Source: Bryobacterales bacterium (lineage in GTDB: Bacteria > Acidobacteriota > Terriglobia > Bryobacterales > UBA6623). Taken from it: a DNA stretch of 64,000 nt. Location of the stretch: contig CAXWPI010000005.1 in the NCBI GenBank assembly GCA_963668345.2, positions 95,561-159,560 on the forward strand. The letters run 5' to 3'. A program made the position numbers and the translations under genes. Shown piece after piece: positions 9,246-18,741 of this stretch. Under the pieces are notes generated by a model, which was not told where the DNA came from, did not search any database, and saw only the letters and a program-made list of their open reading frames with translations. Numbering within the stretch: position 1 is the stretch's first letter; every line of letters starts with the position of its first letter.

Positions 9246-10190
9246 ATGAGCAGATCTCTATTCAGAACATTATCTTGGGCTTTGATTGCGCCCCTCGGAC
9301 TGGCTTTACCGACCGTTGCCTGGGGACAGGCCATCGTTGGGTACGCCATCAACGTAGGCCGCGCCGGCGCTGTCGGGGTGGGTGCCGGGGCAGGTTTGGG
9401 GGGAGTGTTCAGTAAAGTGAACCAGCCCCTCAAGAGGGCCGGTCAGGAGGGAGCAGGCGCTTCCCAGACAGGCAAGCAGGCCGGGCCCGAGTTTGACAAT
9501 GACAAGGTTCCCGCGACTGTCAGTGTGAGCAGAGGTAACCAAAAAGCGGCGGTCGGCGCTGACGGGAAACTGAAGCTCAAGGGAGGAACGACCATAGCAG
9601 GCCTGAGTCCTTCCCCCAGAGTTGCGCGCTCCGCTCAACTCTCGACCGAAGCGCGCGAGGCCGCGTCGAGTTCAGGGGCCACTGGATCCTACAACCCCGG
9701 ACCGACCCCAGCCCCCGCTCCCCGCCCAAGCGCCGCACCTGCGACGAAGATCCCCGAGTTATCCGCGGCAGAGCCGGCGAGCCCAAAGCCGACGGAGAAA
9801 GACCTTGGCGCTACGAGCGGGCAAGTCGCCGACGAATCACCCACCGGCTCGGCAACGGCCGAACAGGCCCAGACGACACCCGCGCGTAAACGTGGCGTCC
9901 TCAGCCCGCTCGTTGGCTCGACGGACCCCGCGGAAAACGGCGCTGGAAAAGAGGTTGCCGGCAAAGAAGAAATCGCCCTCATCGCGGTCGGCGACAAGGT
10001 CGCAGACCTCATCGCCCGCCTGGGGAAACCGACGATGGTCCTCAAGGGGCTCGGCGGCAACGGATACAACGAAAAATACACTTTCAGGAAGCCCGGCGGC
10101 GGCACATTCACGGTCTTGGCGCTACACGGAACGGTCACGGCTGTCATAGACAGCTCTACAGGCCTGCCTATGAGGGCCTCGCTCCCGTAA
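9246..10190 (+). CDS. Secreted hypothetical protein with a low-complexity Ala/Pro/Gly linker
   Basis: 314-aa ORF with a signal peptide (LIAPLGLALPTVAWGQA), a long low-complexity middle and a compact C-terminal domain of about 70 aa. GGGAGAAGGG lies upstream and a terminator follows. Confidence 0.6.
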   Translation: MSRSLFRTLSWALIAPLGLALPTVAWGQAIVGYAINVGRAGAVGVGAGAGLGGVFSKVNQPLKRAGQEGAGASQTGKQAGPEFDNDKVPATVSVSRGNQKAAVGADGKLKLKGGTTIAGLSPSPRVARSAQLSTEAREAASSSGATGSYNPGPTPAPAPRPSAAPATKIPELSAAEPASPKPTEKDLGATSGQVADESPTGSATAEQAQTTPARKRGVLSPLVGSTDPAENGAGKEVAGKEEIALIAVGDKVADLIARLGKPTMVLKGLGGNGYNEKYTFRKPGGGTFTVLALHGTVTAVIDSSTGLPMRASLP

Positions 10191-10226
10191 GTCGGTTTGT
10201 TACCACTCCGAGTAGGAACGCCAACA

Positions 10227-10264
10227 TAAAACGCCCGCTGTCCCCCTCCGGCGGGCGTTTTTTG
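10227..10264 (+). terminator. Rho-independent terminator (A-tract, GC stem, T-tract)
   Basis: AAAACGCCCGC-tgtccccctccg-GCGGGCGTTTTTT lies 40 nt after the stop at 10190. Confidence 0.65.
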
Positions 10265-10320
10265 ACTCCGCCCCACCCCCTCGACACACGATCGCCTCGT
10301 CCTCGGTAGAACAGGCCTGC

Positions 10321-10481
10321 TCTTCTCACCACTGTCATAGCGATTGGGGCGAAAGACCCGCGGTGGCCATGGCTCGCGACAACGGTTTGTGTAGATCGGC
10401 CAGCTTACAGTTTGTAAGGCAAGCGGGCGCGATCCATCGCGCCCCTACATCTCGAACGGCGGGGCTCTGCTTCACTGCTGC
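10321..10481 (-). repeat. Interspersed repeat, type A (copy 1)
   Basis: Its reverse complement aligns along its length with 17237..17384 and partly with 31988..32116. The core hairpin is GGGGCGCGATGGATCGCGCCC. It ends at a TA (10482-10483) followed by a solo type B terminus (to about 10507). Confidence 0.8.
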
Positions 10482-10563
10482 TAGCCGCTGGTGAGAAAAG
10501 CTCGCTAGCCCGAGCCTTGCGAGCTTAGACAAGAACTGCTCGAAAAGAAATCGGCGTTGATTT

Positions 10564-11295
10564 TCAGGGGGTTGGTGCTGTTTGAACGCCAGTCGCCGCT
10601 GCTTGGGAGCTAGGGCCGACTTTGCCCTCCAGGGCGTACAAAGCCAGCTCGATGCGGTCGGACACCCCTAGCTTGTCGAAGATCTTGTGCAGGTGGTTCT
10701 TGACCGTCTGCTCGGCGACATACAGCTTGCCGGCGATCTCCTTATTCTTAAGACCCTGGGCGACCAGCGCAATGATTTCCTTTTCGCGGCTACTGAGACT
10801 TGGGTTCTCAGTTCTTTCCGCCGCATCGTCGGTAGGGCCGGAGAAATGATCCATTAGGGCAGCCGTGCCCCTTGCGTCCAGCCAAATGCCACCCTGGTGC
10901 ACCTTTCGAATACTCTCGGCCAGCAGCTTGGTCGCGGATTGCTTGAGGACAATTCCCGAAGCCCCTTGCTTTAGGGCACGCACATGTTGATCGGGGTCTT
11001 CGGACGCAGTCAGGACAATGACTTTCGTCTTGAGTCGGTGATGGTCGATACCGTTCAATGTCGCGATTCCGTCACGCCGCGGCATGTACAGGTCGAGCAG
11101 GAGAACATCCGGCTTAACCTCAGCGAGAATATCCACGACTTCCGTGCCGTCTCGGGCTTCGGCAACGACCTCAAAATCGCGCTCGAGCGACAATAGCTGG
11201 CGGAGGCCGTCACGGAAGACCGGGTGATCGTCCGCGACGGCGATTCGGATTGGCTCGGGCGTTCGGTCAACGCTGGTGTCGGTGTCAGAGTGCAT
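10564..11295 (-). CDS. NarL/LuxR-family response regulator (REC + HTH)
   Basis: 243 aa with IRIAVADDHPVFRDGL...DVLLLDLYMPRRDG in the receiver domain and LSSREKEIIALVAQGLKNKEIAGKLYVAEQTVKNHLHKIFDKLGV in the LuxR HTH. No adjacent histidine kinase. Confidence 0.92.
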   Translation of the reverse strand: MHSDTDTSVDRTPEPIRIAVADDHPVFRDGLRQLLSLERDFEVVAEARDGTEVVDILAEVKPDVLLLDLYMPRRDGIATLNGIDHHRLKTKVIVLTASEDPDQHVRALKQGASGIVLKQSATKLLAESIRKVHQGGIWLDARGTAALMDHFSGPTDDAAERTENPSLSSREKEIIALVAQGLKNKEIAGKLYVAEQTVKNHLHKIFDKLGVSDRIELALYALEGKVGPSSQAAATGVQTAPTP

Positions 11296-11733
11296 TTATA
11301 GGAAGTGCCTTTCTACAGAGTGCATGCGAGAGCGTCCCTGTTATTACACGTATACAGCTCTTTTACACCTCTTTGGGGTGGCTCGTCGATAGACAAGTGG
11401 TACCGAAATGTTGCCGGGATAGTACCCCCCCCGACCTAGGTGCATTACCCAGGGCCATCTTCTATCTATACCGAATCGTTATCAATCTAAAAACCTTAGC
11501 GAATAGGGAGCAAGCGGCACGGATCGCACCGCCGATTGGCTTCGCGCGAAAGAATGGGAAAGCCCGGCGACCGCCGGTCGCGGGTGGATGCCCGGGGCGC
11601 GCATTTTCCAACTGCGTGCTATGGTTATGGGTTTTTGGCCTAGTCGCAGTTCAGCAGTAGTTGGTTTTCGGATTGGCTACAATAGCCGGTAGACGGTTTT
11701 CGCCGGGCGGGGTCGGGAACTCGCCCCGCGGTT

Positions 11734-11775
11734 GTTATCGAGAAACGTATGAATGTTATCGAGAAACGTATGAAT
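11734..11775 (+). repeat. Perfect 21-bp tandem duplication spanning the lepB start codon
   Basis: GTTATCGAGAAACGTATGAAT occurs twice in tandem, giving two in-frame ATGs at 11749 and 11770. Confidence 0.9.
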
Positions 11776-12552
11776 TCGAAGAAAACAGTTCAGACGAATG
11801 GGAAGGTAGGACAGGTCGAGGTTCCACGCCGCGGCATGTTGGCCGAGTGGACGGTGACGATTATTCTGCTGCTGTTCGGAACCACGACGCTGGTTCAGGC
11901 CTTCGTCATACCCACGGGGTCAATGAAGGAGTCGCTGCTGATTGGGGACCACCTGCTGGTGGATAAGCTGGCCTACGCACCGGCGGGCTCGGTCGGACAG
12001 TCTGTCTTGCCCTACCAGGACGTCCAACGGGGCGACATCATCGTCTTCCGTTACCCCCGAGATCTGTCTCAAACCTACGTCAAGCGGGCGGTCGGAATCC
12101 CGGGCGACCGCATTCGTATGGTCAACAAGCAGCTCTTCATCAACGGGGAGCCGGTCGAGGAGCCGTACGTTATTCATACTACGAGCTATGTAGACGCGTA
12201 TCGAGACAACTTTCCCGCCACGCCCGACGTGCGAGTCTATCCGCGGGGACAAAAGATGCTCGAGGAACATGCTGTCGGGGGCGAGGTGGTCGTGCCTCCC
12301 GGCCAGTATTTTGCCATGGGCGACAATCGGGATTCTTCCGACGATAGTCGCTTCTGGGGTTTGGTGCCGCGGGAGAACATCATCGGCAAGCCGCTGATCA
12401 TCTATTGGTCCTACGATGCTCCGACCCACCGCCTGCAGGACTCGAGCATCTCGCTGGCCCATATCAAAGACCTGGTGCTGAATTTTTTCAGCAAGACGCG
12501 CTGGGACCGCACGTTTAATCTGATCCACGCTCACGAATTAACTGCGCCATGA
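11749..12552 (+). CDS. lepB: Signal peptidase I
   Basis: TM segment followed by GSMKESL (Ser nucleophile box), GDIIVFRYP, YVKRAVGIPGD (Lys box) and MGDNRDSSDDSRFWG. The start could also be 11770. Confidence 0.92.
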   Translation: MNVIEKRMNSKKTVQTNGKVGQVEVPRRGMLAEWTVTIILLLFGTTTLVQAFVIPTGSMKESLLIGDHLLVDKLAYAPAGSVGQSVLPYQDVQRGDIIVFRYPRDLSQTYVKRAVGIPGDRIRMVNKQLFINGEPVEEPYVIHTTSYVDAYRDNFPATPDVRVYPRGQKMLEEHAVGGEVVVPPGQYFAMGDNRDSSDDSRFWGLVPRENIIGKPLIIYWSYDAPTHRLQDSSISLAHIKDLVLNFFSKTRWDRTFNLIHAHELTAP

Positions 12553-13643
12553 GCGTGCCGTCAAGGCCGCAGGCGCGTCTTCACGGGGTCATCCTCGCCG
12601 GGGGGCGGGGGACCCGGTTTTGGCCCCGGAGCCGGCGGCGGTTTCCGAAGCAGCTTCTGAACGTAGTGGGAGAGGGTTCGCTGCTGCAGCAGACCGTAGG
12701 GCGGCTGCGGCCCCTGATTCCGCCGGAGCGAATCTGGGTCTTCACCAGGGATGCCCTCAGGAAGGAAGTGGCCCGGCAGTTGCCCGAGGTGCCCAGGCGC
12801 CAGATCATCGCCGAGCCTGTGCAGCGTAATACCGGGCCGTGCATAGCTTTGGCGGCGCGGCTTCTGTTGGAGCAAGACCCGGATGCCACGATGGGGGTGT
12901 TTCCTGCCGATCACGTCATCGGCAAGGTTTCACGTTACCTGACTGTCTTGCGCGCCGCGGCCAGAGTGGCTTCCCAGGGGAAGTTGGTGGTGCTCGGGAT
13001 CCAGCCAAAGTGGCCGGAAACCGGGTACGGCTACATTGAATTTCCCAAGGCGACGCGGCCCGGCACGCTCAAGCCGCACCCCGTGGTCCGCTTCCGTGAG
13101 AAACCCCGGGAAAGGGCGGCCCGACGATTCGTGGCGGCCGGACATTTTGGCTGGAATAGCGGTATGTTCTTTTGGCGGGCCGACGTCATCGGTGAGGCGA
13201 TTGAGCGCTTTATGCCCGCCACCGCCGCTGAGATTGAAAAGATCGCCCCGCTGCGGTCAAGAAAGTTTCGGCGATCACTGGGCCAGCACTACCCGAGTTG
13301 CGAGGACCTCTCCATCGACTACGGCGTCCTGGAAAAGGCAGGGAACATCGTCGGCCTCTCCTGTGCGGATTTCGGTTGGAGTGACGTCGGTAGTTGGGAG
13401 GCTGTCTACCGCTTGCTGCTGAGCGGGTCGGAGACCACGGTGGAACGGTCGCCTCTCCGATCGATCATGGCTGCGGGCAACTACGTGGACGCGCCGGGGA
13501 AGCTGGTCGCTTTGATCGGTGTCAGGGATCTGATCGTCGTGGATAGCCCTGACGCTTTGCTGGTGTGCCGCCGCCGCCAAGCACAGCAAGTCTCGGCCCT
13601 CGTGGAAGCCCTGGAAAAAGCGGGCGAAGAGTCGTTGCTCTGA
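12549..13643 (+). CDS. Mannose-1-phosphate guanylyltransferase (nucleotidyltransferase family, no PMI domain)
   Basis: GVILAGGRGTRFWPRSRRRFPKQLL N-terminal motif, 364 aa. ATGA overlap with the lepB stop. Confidence 0.85.
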   Translation: MSVPSRPQARLHGVILAGGRGTRFWPRSRRRFPKQLLNVVGEGSLLQQTVGRLRPLIPPERIWVFTRDALRKEVARQLPEVPRRQIIAEPVQRNTGPCIALAARLLLEQDPDATMGVFPADHVIGKVSRYLTVLRAAARVASQGKLVVLGIQPKWPETGYGYIEFPKATRPGTLKPHPVVRFREKPRERAARRFVAAGHFGWNSGMFFWRADVIGEAIERFMPATAAEIEKIAPLRSRKFRRSLGQHYPSCEDLSIDYGVLEKAGNIVGLSCADFGWSDVGSWEAVYRLLLSGSETTVERSPLRSIMAAGNYVDAPGKLVALIGVRDLIVVDSPDALLVCRRRQAQQVSALVEALEKAGEESLL

Positions 13644-13734
13644 TCCACGTCCCAACCCAGCTTTTACTTGTTCGCTGCATCATCCCTCGAGCGTGGGAGA
13701 GGGTCGGGTCAAGGCGCGCCTCCTTGACCACGCG

Positions 13735-14112
13735 CTATGCACCCACGCTCCTCAGACCGAGCGGCGCCAGCGCACGGAAATCAGCTAGATCAGAGGTAGC
13801 GAGCGCCGCGTCACAACGAATCGCCGTTGCGGCGATCATGCAATCCGTCAAAGATCCCCGACGCCTGCCGTTTCGGTTGAAGAGACGCGCAGCCACAATG
13901 GAGTCCTTGGGGAGAAACGGTGCTTGTTCTCTCAGAATGTCTGCTGCCAACTCCACTTCTTCTTCATCCACGGGTCCGCAGAGAAACTCCGTCCAGCTGA
14001 TCGCGCTGATCCCAAGCGATTCACCGTCTCCGAACCAGTTTCGAAGCTGACAGTCCTCCGAGGACCCTTTCGTGAGCGCGCGGATGAGGAAGCTCGTATC
14101 GACATGGATCAC
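13735..14112 (-). CDS. vapC: PIN-domain toxin VapC (type II TA)
   Basis: 125 aa starting MIHVDTSFLI with acidic PIN residues (D5, E in WTEF, D in LTDC, D in TSD). 4-nt overlap with the upstream antitoxin gene. Confidence 0.85.
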   Translation of the reverse strand: MIHVDTSFLIRALTKGSSEDCQLRNWFGDGESLGISAISWTEFLCGPVDEEEVELAADILREQAPFLPKDSIVAARLFNRNGRRRGSLTDCMIAATAIRCDAALATSDLADFRALAPLGLRSVGA

Positions 14113-14393
14113 CGGCTGCGGTCCTCTGCTTTCCGCGACGATGCCCGGCGCTCACTCTTCGCACGCCGGCTCCACGCCCGCGCTTTCGCCGGACTTAGGG
14201 CCAGACGTCGCTGCAGAGCGTCAAGGGCAGCCAAGGCGTCCGGTGAGCTCGGCAGGTTTTGTTTGGCGGTAGCACGAATCGCCCGCCGCAAGGCCGCGGA
14301 CTTCGAGACGCCCCAGCGCCGGGCCATCTCCTCGAGATCGCGGACAGTTTCGACATCGAGAGAATACGTATTCTTGATAGAAAGTATGGCCAT
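14109..14393 (-). CDS. vapB: Ribbon-helix-helix (CopG-like) antitoxin VapB
   Basis: 94 aa. MAILSIKNTYSLDVETVRDLEEMARRWGVSKSAALRRAIRA fits the RHH fold, and the gene is translationally coupled to vapC. Confidence 0.75.
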   Translation of the reverse strand: MAILSIKNTYSLDVETVRDLEEMARRWGVSKSAALRRAIRATAKQNLPSSPDALAALDALQRRLALSPAKARAWSRRAKSERRASSRKAEDRSR

Positions 14394-14416
14394 ACTGATT
14401 AGTATATGGCCATACT
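14385..14416. promoter_or_regulatory. Candidate vapBC operator: two TATGGCCATACT boxes 20 bp apart
   Basis: The 12-bp direct repeat at 14385..14396 and 14405..14416 contains the 8-bp palindrome ATGGCCAT in each copy. The first copy overlaps the vapB start codon. Confidence 0.45.
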
Positions 14417-14737
14417 ATTCCGGAGTCAAGGCGACAGACGCCACCTCATCTCAAGCCGGCCCCGCCGTTCTCCGCGATCCTACCGCCGCCAGCCATCGAG
14501 GATAGCTTCCACGGCTGCCCGCACGGCGGCGCGAGGTTGGGAAGTCTCGACAGATGAACTCATATCGCCTCGATCGCCCGGTTTAGATGCCGAACTCATC
14601 GAATCTCAAGTTGAAGGATAAGGAGCAGCCGCTCCGCCTGTCCTTCGCTGAACTGTGTGATTATCCCATCCCAACGGGGCCGTTCGGAATATTCTTTCGG
14701 CGGACCCGCGGAAGACATCCCGGTAATCTTGTAACGG

Positions 14738-14793
14738 GATGGCGAGGCGAAGTGCGTGAGAAGCCCGTCAGTACAAGGCGCGTGCCGCTCGGC
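14738..14793 (+). repeat. Type B repeat, internal fragment
   Basis: GGCGAGGCGAAGTGCGTGAGAAGCCCGTCAGTACAAGGCGCGTGCCGCTCGGC matches the left third of 22047..22240. Confidence 0.75.
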
Positions 14794-15089
14794 GCGCGGA
14801 GGCGCACTTCGCGGATCTGGCGGGCGGCGATACGATAGAGGGAAGGGGAAGTGTGATCCCGCCCGCCTAGATCCTACGCTACGGTCTGGCCGGTCGGGGT
14901 TCGAGGCGCACACCGAGATCCCAGGCACAGGCCGAGTGATAAAATGAACCGTCCGCGGCAGCGCGAGCAGAGAGCGGGCGGCGTCCGGACACGCTTCACC
15001 CGCGACCCGCGGCTTAGCGTTTCACACGAACTTCAGCGCCGAGAGCCGGCCGCCTCCGCCGCTCGTCCGGCGATTCCCCCGATCAACCC

Positions 15090-17093
15090 ATGGGATTCCG
15101 ACTGGCATCGCCTTACACCCCCCGCGGCGACCAGCAGACCGCGATCGACCAGCTCGTTCAGGGACTGCGAGACGGCGAGTGCCACCAAGTCCTGCTCGGT
15201 GTGACGGGATCGGGCAAGACCTACACCGTCGCCAAGGTCATCGAGCAGCTCGCCCGCCCGGCCCTGGTGATCGCCCACAACAAAACCCTGGCCGCTCAGC
15301 TCTACCACGAGTTCAAGAATTTCTTTCCCCAAAACGCCGCGGAATTTTTCGTCAGCTACTACGACTACTACCAGCCGGAGGCCTATCTTCCCTCGAGCGA
15401 CACCTACATTGAGAAGGAAGCCACGATCAACGATGAACTCGACAAGCTGCGCCTGTCGGCGACCAGGTCTTTGTTCGAGCGGCGCGATTGCGTGATCATC
15501 GCCAGCGTTAGTTGCATCTACGGGCTGGGATCCCCGGACGCCTACTACGGCATGCTGCTGATGCTCGAGAAGGGCCGGAAGATCGCGCGCGAGCAGATTA
15601 CGAAGCGCCTGGTCGAGATCCTCTACGAACGCCGGGACACAGACTTCAAGCGCGGCACGTTCCGCGTCATCGGCGACGTCATCGAGATCTTCCCGACCTA
15701 CGACGACTATGCCTACCGCGTCGAGCTGTGGGGCGATGAGATCGACAGCCTCTCGCAAATCGACCCGCTGCTCGGGCAGGTCCGCCAGACCTATCTCCGG
15801 CTGCCGATCTACCCCGCCCGCCACTACGTCATGTCGAAGGAAACTCGCGACAACGCCATCGAGGGGATTCTGGCCGAGCTCGATTGGTGGACCGCGGAAC
15901 TGCACAAGCGAAACAAGCGTCTCGAAGCGCAGCGCCTCAGCCAGCGGACTCTTTTCGATATCGAGATGATGCGGGAGATCGGCTATTGCCACGGTATCGA
16001 GAACTACTCGCGTCACTTTTCGGGAAGGCTGCCCGGCGAGCCTCCGCCCACGTTGCTCGACTATCTGCCGCAGGACGCCCTGCTCTTCCTCGACGAAAGC
16101 CACCAGACCGTCCCGCAGTTGCGCGGCATGTACAAAGGTGACCGCTCGCGGAAGGAAACCCTCGTCGAATACGGATTTCGCCTGCCCAGCGCCCTCGACA
16201 ATCGCCCTTTGAAGTTTGAAGAGTTTGAACACCGTGTCAACCAGGCCATCTACGTCTCCGCGACCCCGGGGCCCTACGAGCTGACCAAGTGCGCCGGCAC
16301 GGTGGTGGAACAGCTGATCCGGCCGACCGGCCTGATCGACCCGGCGGTCGAAGTTAGGCCCGTCAAGGGACAGGTAGACGACCTGTTGGGCGAGATCCGC
16401 AAGCGTGCCGAGGCCGGGGAGCGCGTTCTCGTAACGACCCTTACGAAGCGCATGGCCGAAGACCTTTCCGAATACTATTCGGAAACCGGCGTCCGCTGCC
16501 GGTATATGCACTCGGAGATTGACACCCTGGAGCGTGTTCGGTTGCTGCGCGACTTGCGCAAGGGCGAATACGACGCCCTGATCGGCGTCAACCTGCTTCG
16601 CGAGGGATTGGATCTGCCCGAAGTCTCACTGGTGGCGATTTTGGACGCCGACAAGGAAGGGTTTCTGCGCTCCTCCGGCTCGCTGATCCAGACCATCGGC
16701 AGAGCCGCCCGCAACGTCAACGGCCGGGCGGTCCTTTACGCCGACCGGATGACCGACAGTATGGCCCGGGCCATCGACGAAACCGACCGGCGGCGAGCCG
16801 TGCAAGTGCAGTACAACGAGGCGAATCACATCACTCCCCAGACGATCTCAAAACCGGTGGATATGAGCCTGGCTCGGATCGTCGAAGCCGACTACCTCTC
16901 CATCCCCGACGAAGAAACGGAAACGGAGCTGCCGGGGTCGCTCGAGGAGTTGCAAAATCTTGTCGACCGGCTGGAGAAACGAATGCGGGACGCCGCACAA
17001 AAGTTCGAGTTCGAACAGGCAGCCAAGCTCCGCGACCGCATCAAGGCTCTCAAGACAAGAGAACTGACCGGCGTGGCCCAGGATCCCCGATGA
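15090..17093 (+). CDS. uvrB: Excinuclease ABC subunit B
   Basis: 667 aa. [10 protein letters not shown], Walker A GVTGSGKT, helicase motifs and a C-terminal UVR domain ([14 protein letters not shown]). Confidence 0.97.
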   Translation: MGFRLASPYTPRGDQQTAIDQLVQGLRDGECHQVLLGVTGSGKTYTVAKVIEQLARPALVIAHNKTLAAQLYHEFKNFFPQNAAEFFVSYYDYYQPEAYLPSSDTYIEKEATINDELDKLRLSATRSLFERRDCVIIASVSCIYGLGSPDAYYGMLLMLEKGRKIAREQITKRLVEILYERRDTDFKRGTFRVIGDVIEIFPTYDDYAYRVELWGDEIDSLSQIDPLLGQVRQTYLRLPIYPARHYVMSKETRDNAIEGILAELDWWTAELHKRNKRLEAQRLSQRTLFDIEMMREIGYCHGIENYSRHFSGRLPGEPPPTLLDYLPQDALLFLDESHQTVPQLRGMYKGDRSRKETLVEYGFRLPSALDNRPLKFEEFEHRVNQAIYVSATPGPYELTKCAGTVVEQLIRPTGLIDPAVEVRPVKGQVDDLLGEIRKRAEAGERVLVTTLTKRMAEDLSEYYSETGVRCRYMHSEIDTLERVRLLRDLRKGEYDALIGVNLLREGLDLPEVSLVAILDADKEGFLRSSGSLIQTIGRAARNVNGRAVLYADRMTDSMARAIDETDRRRAVQVQYNEANHITPQTISKPVDMSLARIVEADYLSIPDEETETELPGSLEELQNLVDRLEKRMRDAAQKFEFEQAAKLRDRIKALKTRELTGVAQDPR

Positions 17094-17148
17094 TCCCTCC
17101 GTGCCGAGTAGGATCGGCAGACCAAGCCGCGACGGACCAGCAGGCGAT

Positions 17149-17234
17149 ACGTTGAGCACGGCGAGCAAGCGCAACGCAGTACTGACGGGCTTCTTACGCA
17201 CTTCGCCTCGGCACGTGTGGCGAGAAATGCGGGC
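17149..17234. repeat. Type B repeat, rearranged partial copy
   Basis: It contains ACGTTGAGCACGGCGAGCAAGCGCAACG in one orientation joined to GTACTGACGGGC..CACTTCGCCTCG..TGGCGAGAAATGCGGGC in the other orientation relative to the full copies. It ends at TA 17235-17236. Confidence 0.7.
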
Positions 17235-17236
17235 TA

Positions 17237-17384
17237 GCGGCAGTGAAGCAAACACTCGCGTCGGGCTGTAGGGGCGCGATTCATCGCGCCCGCTTACTCT
17301 GCGCTGGGCGATCTATGCAAACTGTTGCCGCGAGCCATGGCCAGCGGGCCTTTCGCTCCAAGCGCTGTGACAGTGGTGAGAGAA
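17237..17384 (+). repeat. Interspersed repeat, type A (copy 2)
   Basis: Aligns with the reverse complement of 10321..10481. The core hairpin is GGGGCGCGATTCATCGCGCCC. Confidence 0.8.
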
Positions 17385-17407
17385 GCCTTGTAGCGCGGAT
17401 CTGAGCC

Positions 17408-17515
17408 TTATCCAGATCCGCGGCCGTTGATGTAGGTCAGCGGGTGACTCCGCTTGAAGAGGATCGAAACAATGTTGGTGTCGAGCAAGTACCCCTGGTA
17501 GCGACCACCACTCAT
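17408..17515 (-). pseudogene. N-terminal stub of a PIN-domain (VapC-like) toxin
   Basis: MSGGRYQGYLLDTNIVSILFKR... carries the canonical LLDTNV PIN start but terminates after 35 codons. An upstream overlapping frame ends ...EDTVRLVESRALQLVVPLAGKIAGRYSN, which is weakly AbrB/VapB-like. Confidence 0.35.
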
Positions 17516-17615
17516 GGCGGTCCTAGTTTGAGTAGCGGCCGGCAATCTTGCCGGCCAGAGGAACGACAAGCTGAAGCGCTCGACTTTCCACCAGCCGGAC
17601 GGTGTCCTCGGGTCG

Positions 17616-17641
17616 CCGGGGCGCGACATGTCGCGCCCCGG
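17616..17641. repeat. Perfect 26-bp palindrome CCGGGGCGCGACATGTCGCGCCCCGG
   Basis: Read directly from the sequence. It is related to the GGGGCGCGAT..ATCGCGCCCC core of the type A repeats. Confidence 0.85.
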
Positions 17642-17729
17642 GGGACCGCCTGTTGCCGCCTTCCGTGTGCCCTCACCCTTTGCGCCTAGCTCGGAATTGC
17701 AGGGAGCAATTCGAGCACATCCGTGGTCG

Positions 17730-18101
17730 CTAAGTGAACGGTATTAGGCTTAGCCGCACCTCCGAATCCCCACGGTCTACCGAGACGCTAAGCGCCAGCT
17801 CCAGCGGACCATACTCGTTTCGGATCCGGCTCGCCTCCTCTCGGGCTTGGTCCGCTCCCTCAGGCGTGTGAACCAGTTTCACGCGCCCATCCGTCAGACG
17901 AACCAGAAGGAAGTCAGACGGCCGATAGCCGCGCAAGGTCATCCGGGTCAGGCTTTCGAGCAGGTCATTCACGACGCCTGTGTCGGCACTGCTCTCCGCG
18001 GCGGGTACAAGAGCCGATACATCCACAGGGCCCTTATCGTTCGACATCGCCATTGCTTGATGCGGCGCCGCGACACGCACCAGCCGCGACCGGCCGGCCA
18101 A
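17730..18101 (-). CDS. Hypothetical protein (orphan ORF between repeat blocks)
   Basis: 123-aa ORF, possibly starting at the internal MAMSNDK. I recognise no family. The composition looks protein-like rather than repeat-derived. Confidence 0.4.
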   Translation of the reverse strand: MAGRSRLVRVAAPHQAMAMSNDKGPVDVSALVPAAESSADTGVVNDLLESLTRMTLRGYRPSDFLLVRLTDGRVKLVHTPEGADQAREEASRIRNEYGPLELALSVSVDRGDSEVRLSLIPFT

Positions 18102-18140
18102 CGATCGAGTGGCAGTGTGGGGCAGGCAAAGGCCCTGCTA

Positions 18141-18334
18141 ACCCGCATTTCTCACCAGCTGACGGTCGAAGCACGCCATAGGCCCGCCATTACGTCGTTG
18201 CGCTTGCTCACCGTGCTCAACGTACTGTTCAAGTACGCCCGCATTATTCAAGAAACGGGGCGCTGAGCGGCGCGCGCCTTGTACTGACAGGCCTCTCACG
18301 CACTTCGCCTCGCCACCTGGTGAGAAAAGCGGGC
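18141..18334 (-). mobile_element. Type B MITE-like element, full-length copy (194 bp, TA flanks)
   Basis: The termini ACCCGCATTTCTCACCAG and CTGGTGAGAAAAGCGGGC are inverted repeats (16/18). TA is present at 18139-18140 and 18335-18336. It is the reverse complement of 22047..22240 and the same length. Confidence 0.8.
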
Positions 18335-18346
18335 TAAGGCCTCACC

Positions 18347-18628
18347 ATGCTCGACGACTCACTCGCTATCGACCCCAACCACGAAGACGCAATGCTCTAC
18401 AAGAACCTCCTCTATCGTGTAAAGGCGGACATGGCCGAAACGAAGCTCGACGCTGGGGACTTGCTGAGCGAAGCAGACGCCGTGATCCAGCAAGTGCTCC
18501 AGTTAAGGTCTCTCCGTATGGCTCAAAGCGAGGAACAGTCGGCGCCCGCTCTTGCAAAACTAGATCCCGCGCTGCCCCCGCCCCCTTTTCGAGCACCCGC
18601 GGCTCCGCCGCCACCGCCACGAAACTGA
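18347..18628 (+). pseudogene. C-terminal remnant of a TPR-type protein
   Basis: LAIDPNHEDAMLYKNLLYRVKADM looks like the last TPR of a longer protein followed by a Pro-rich tail. The ORF begins 10 bp after the type B element, with no N-terminal domain. Confidence 0.4.
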
Positions 18629-18741
18629 AGCCGATAGGAGGCAGCGTGCTGTGGCGAGGCGCAAAAAAAGAGGGTGGAAGCTCACCCGCCTATCCGGAGC
18701 TTCCACCCCAACAGAAAGGGACGGAGAACAAACACTAGCGC

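Noticed and set aside
13735-14393. A larger defence or addiction island around vapBC
   Set aside because: The flanking genes are a housekeeping sugar-nucleotide transferase and uvrB. Only the two-gene TA module is present, with no integrase, additional toxins or nucleases.
15033-16511. 492-aa minus-strand ORF
   Set aside because: It lies entirely antisense to uvrB and shows the typical high-GC shadow ORF composition.
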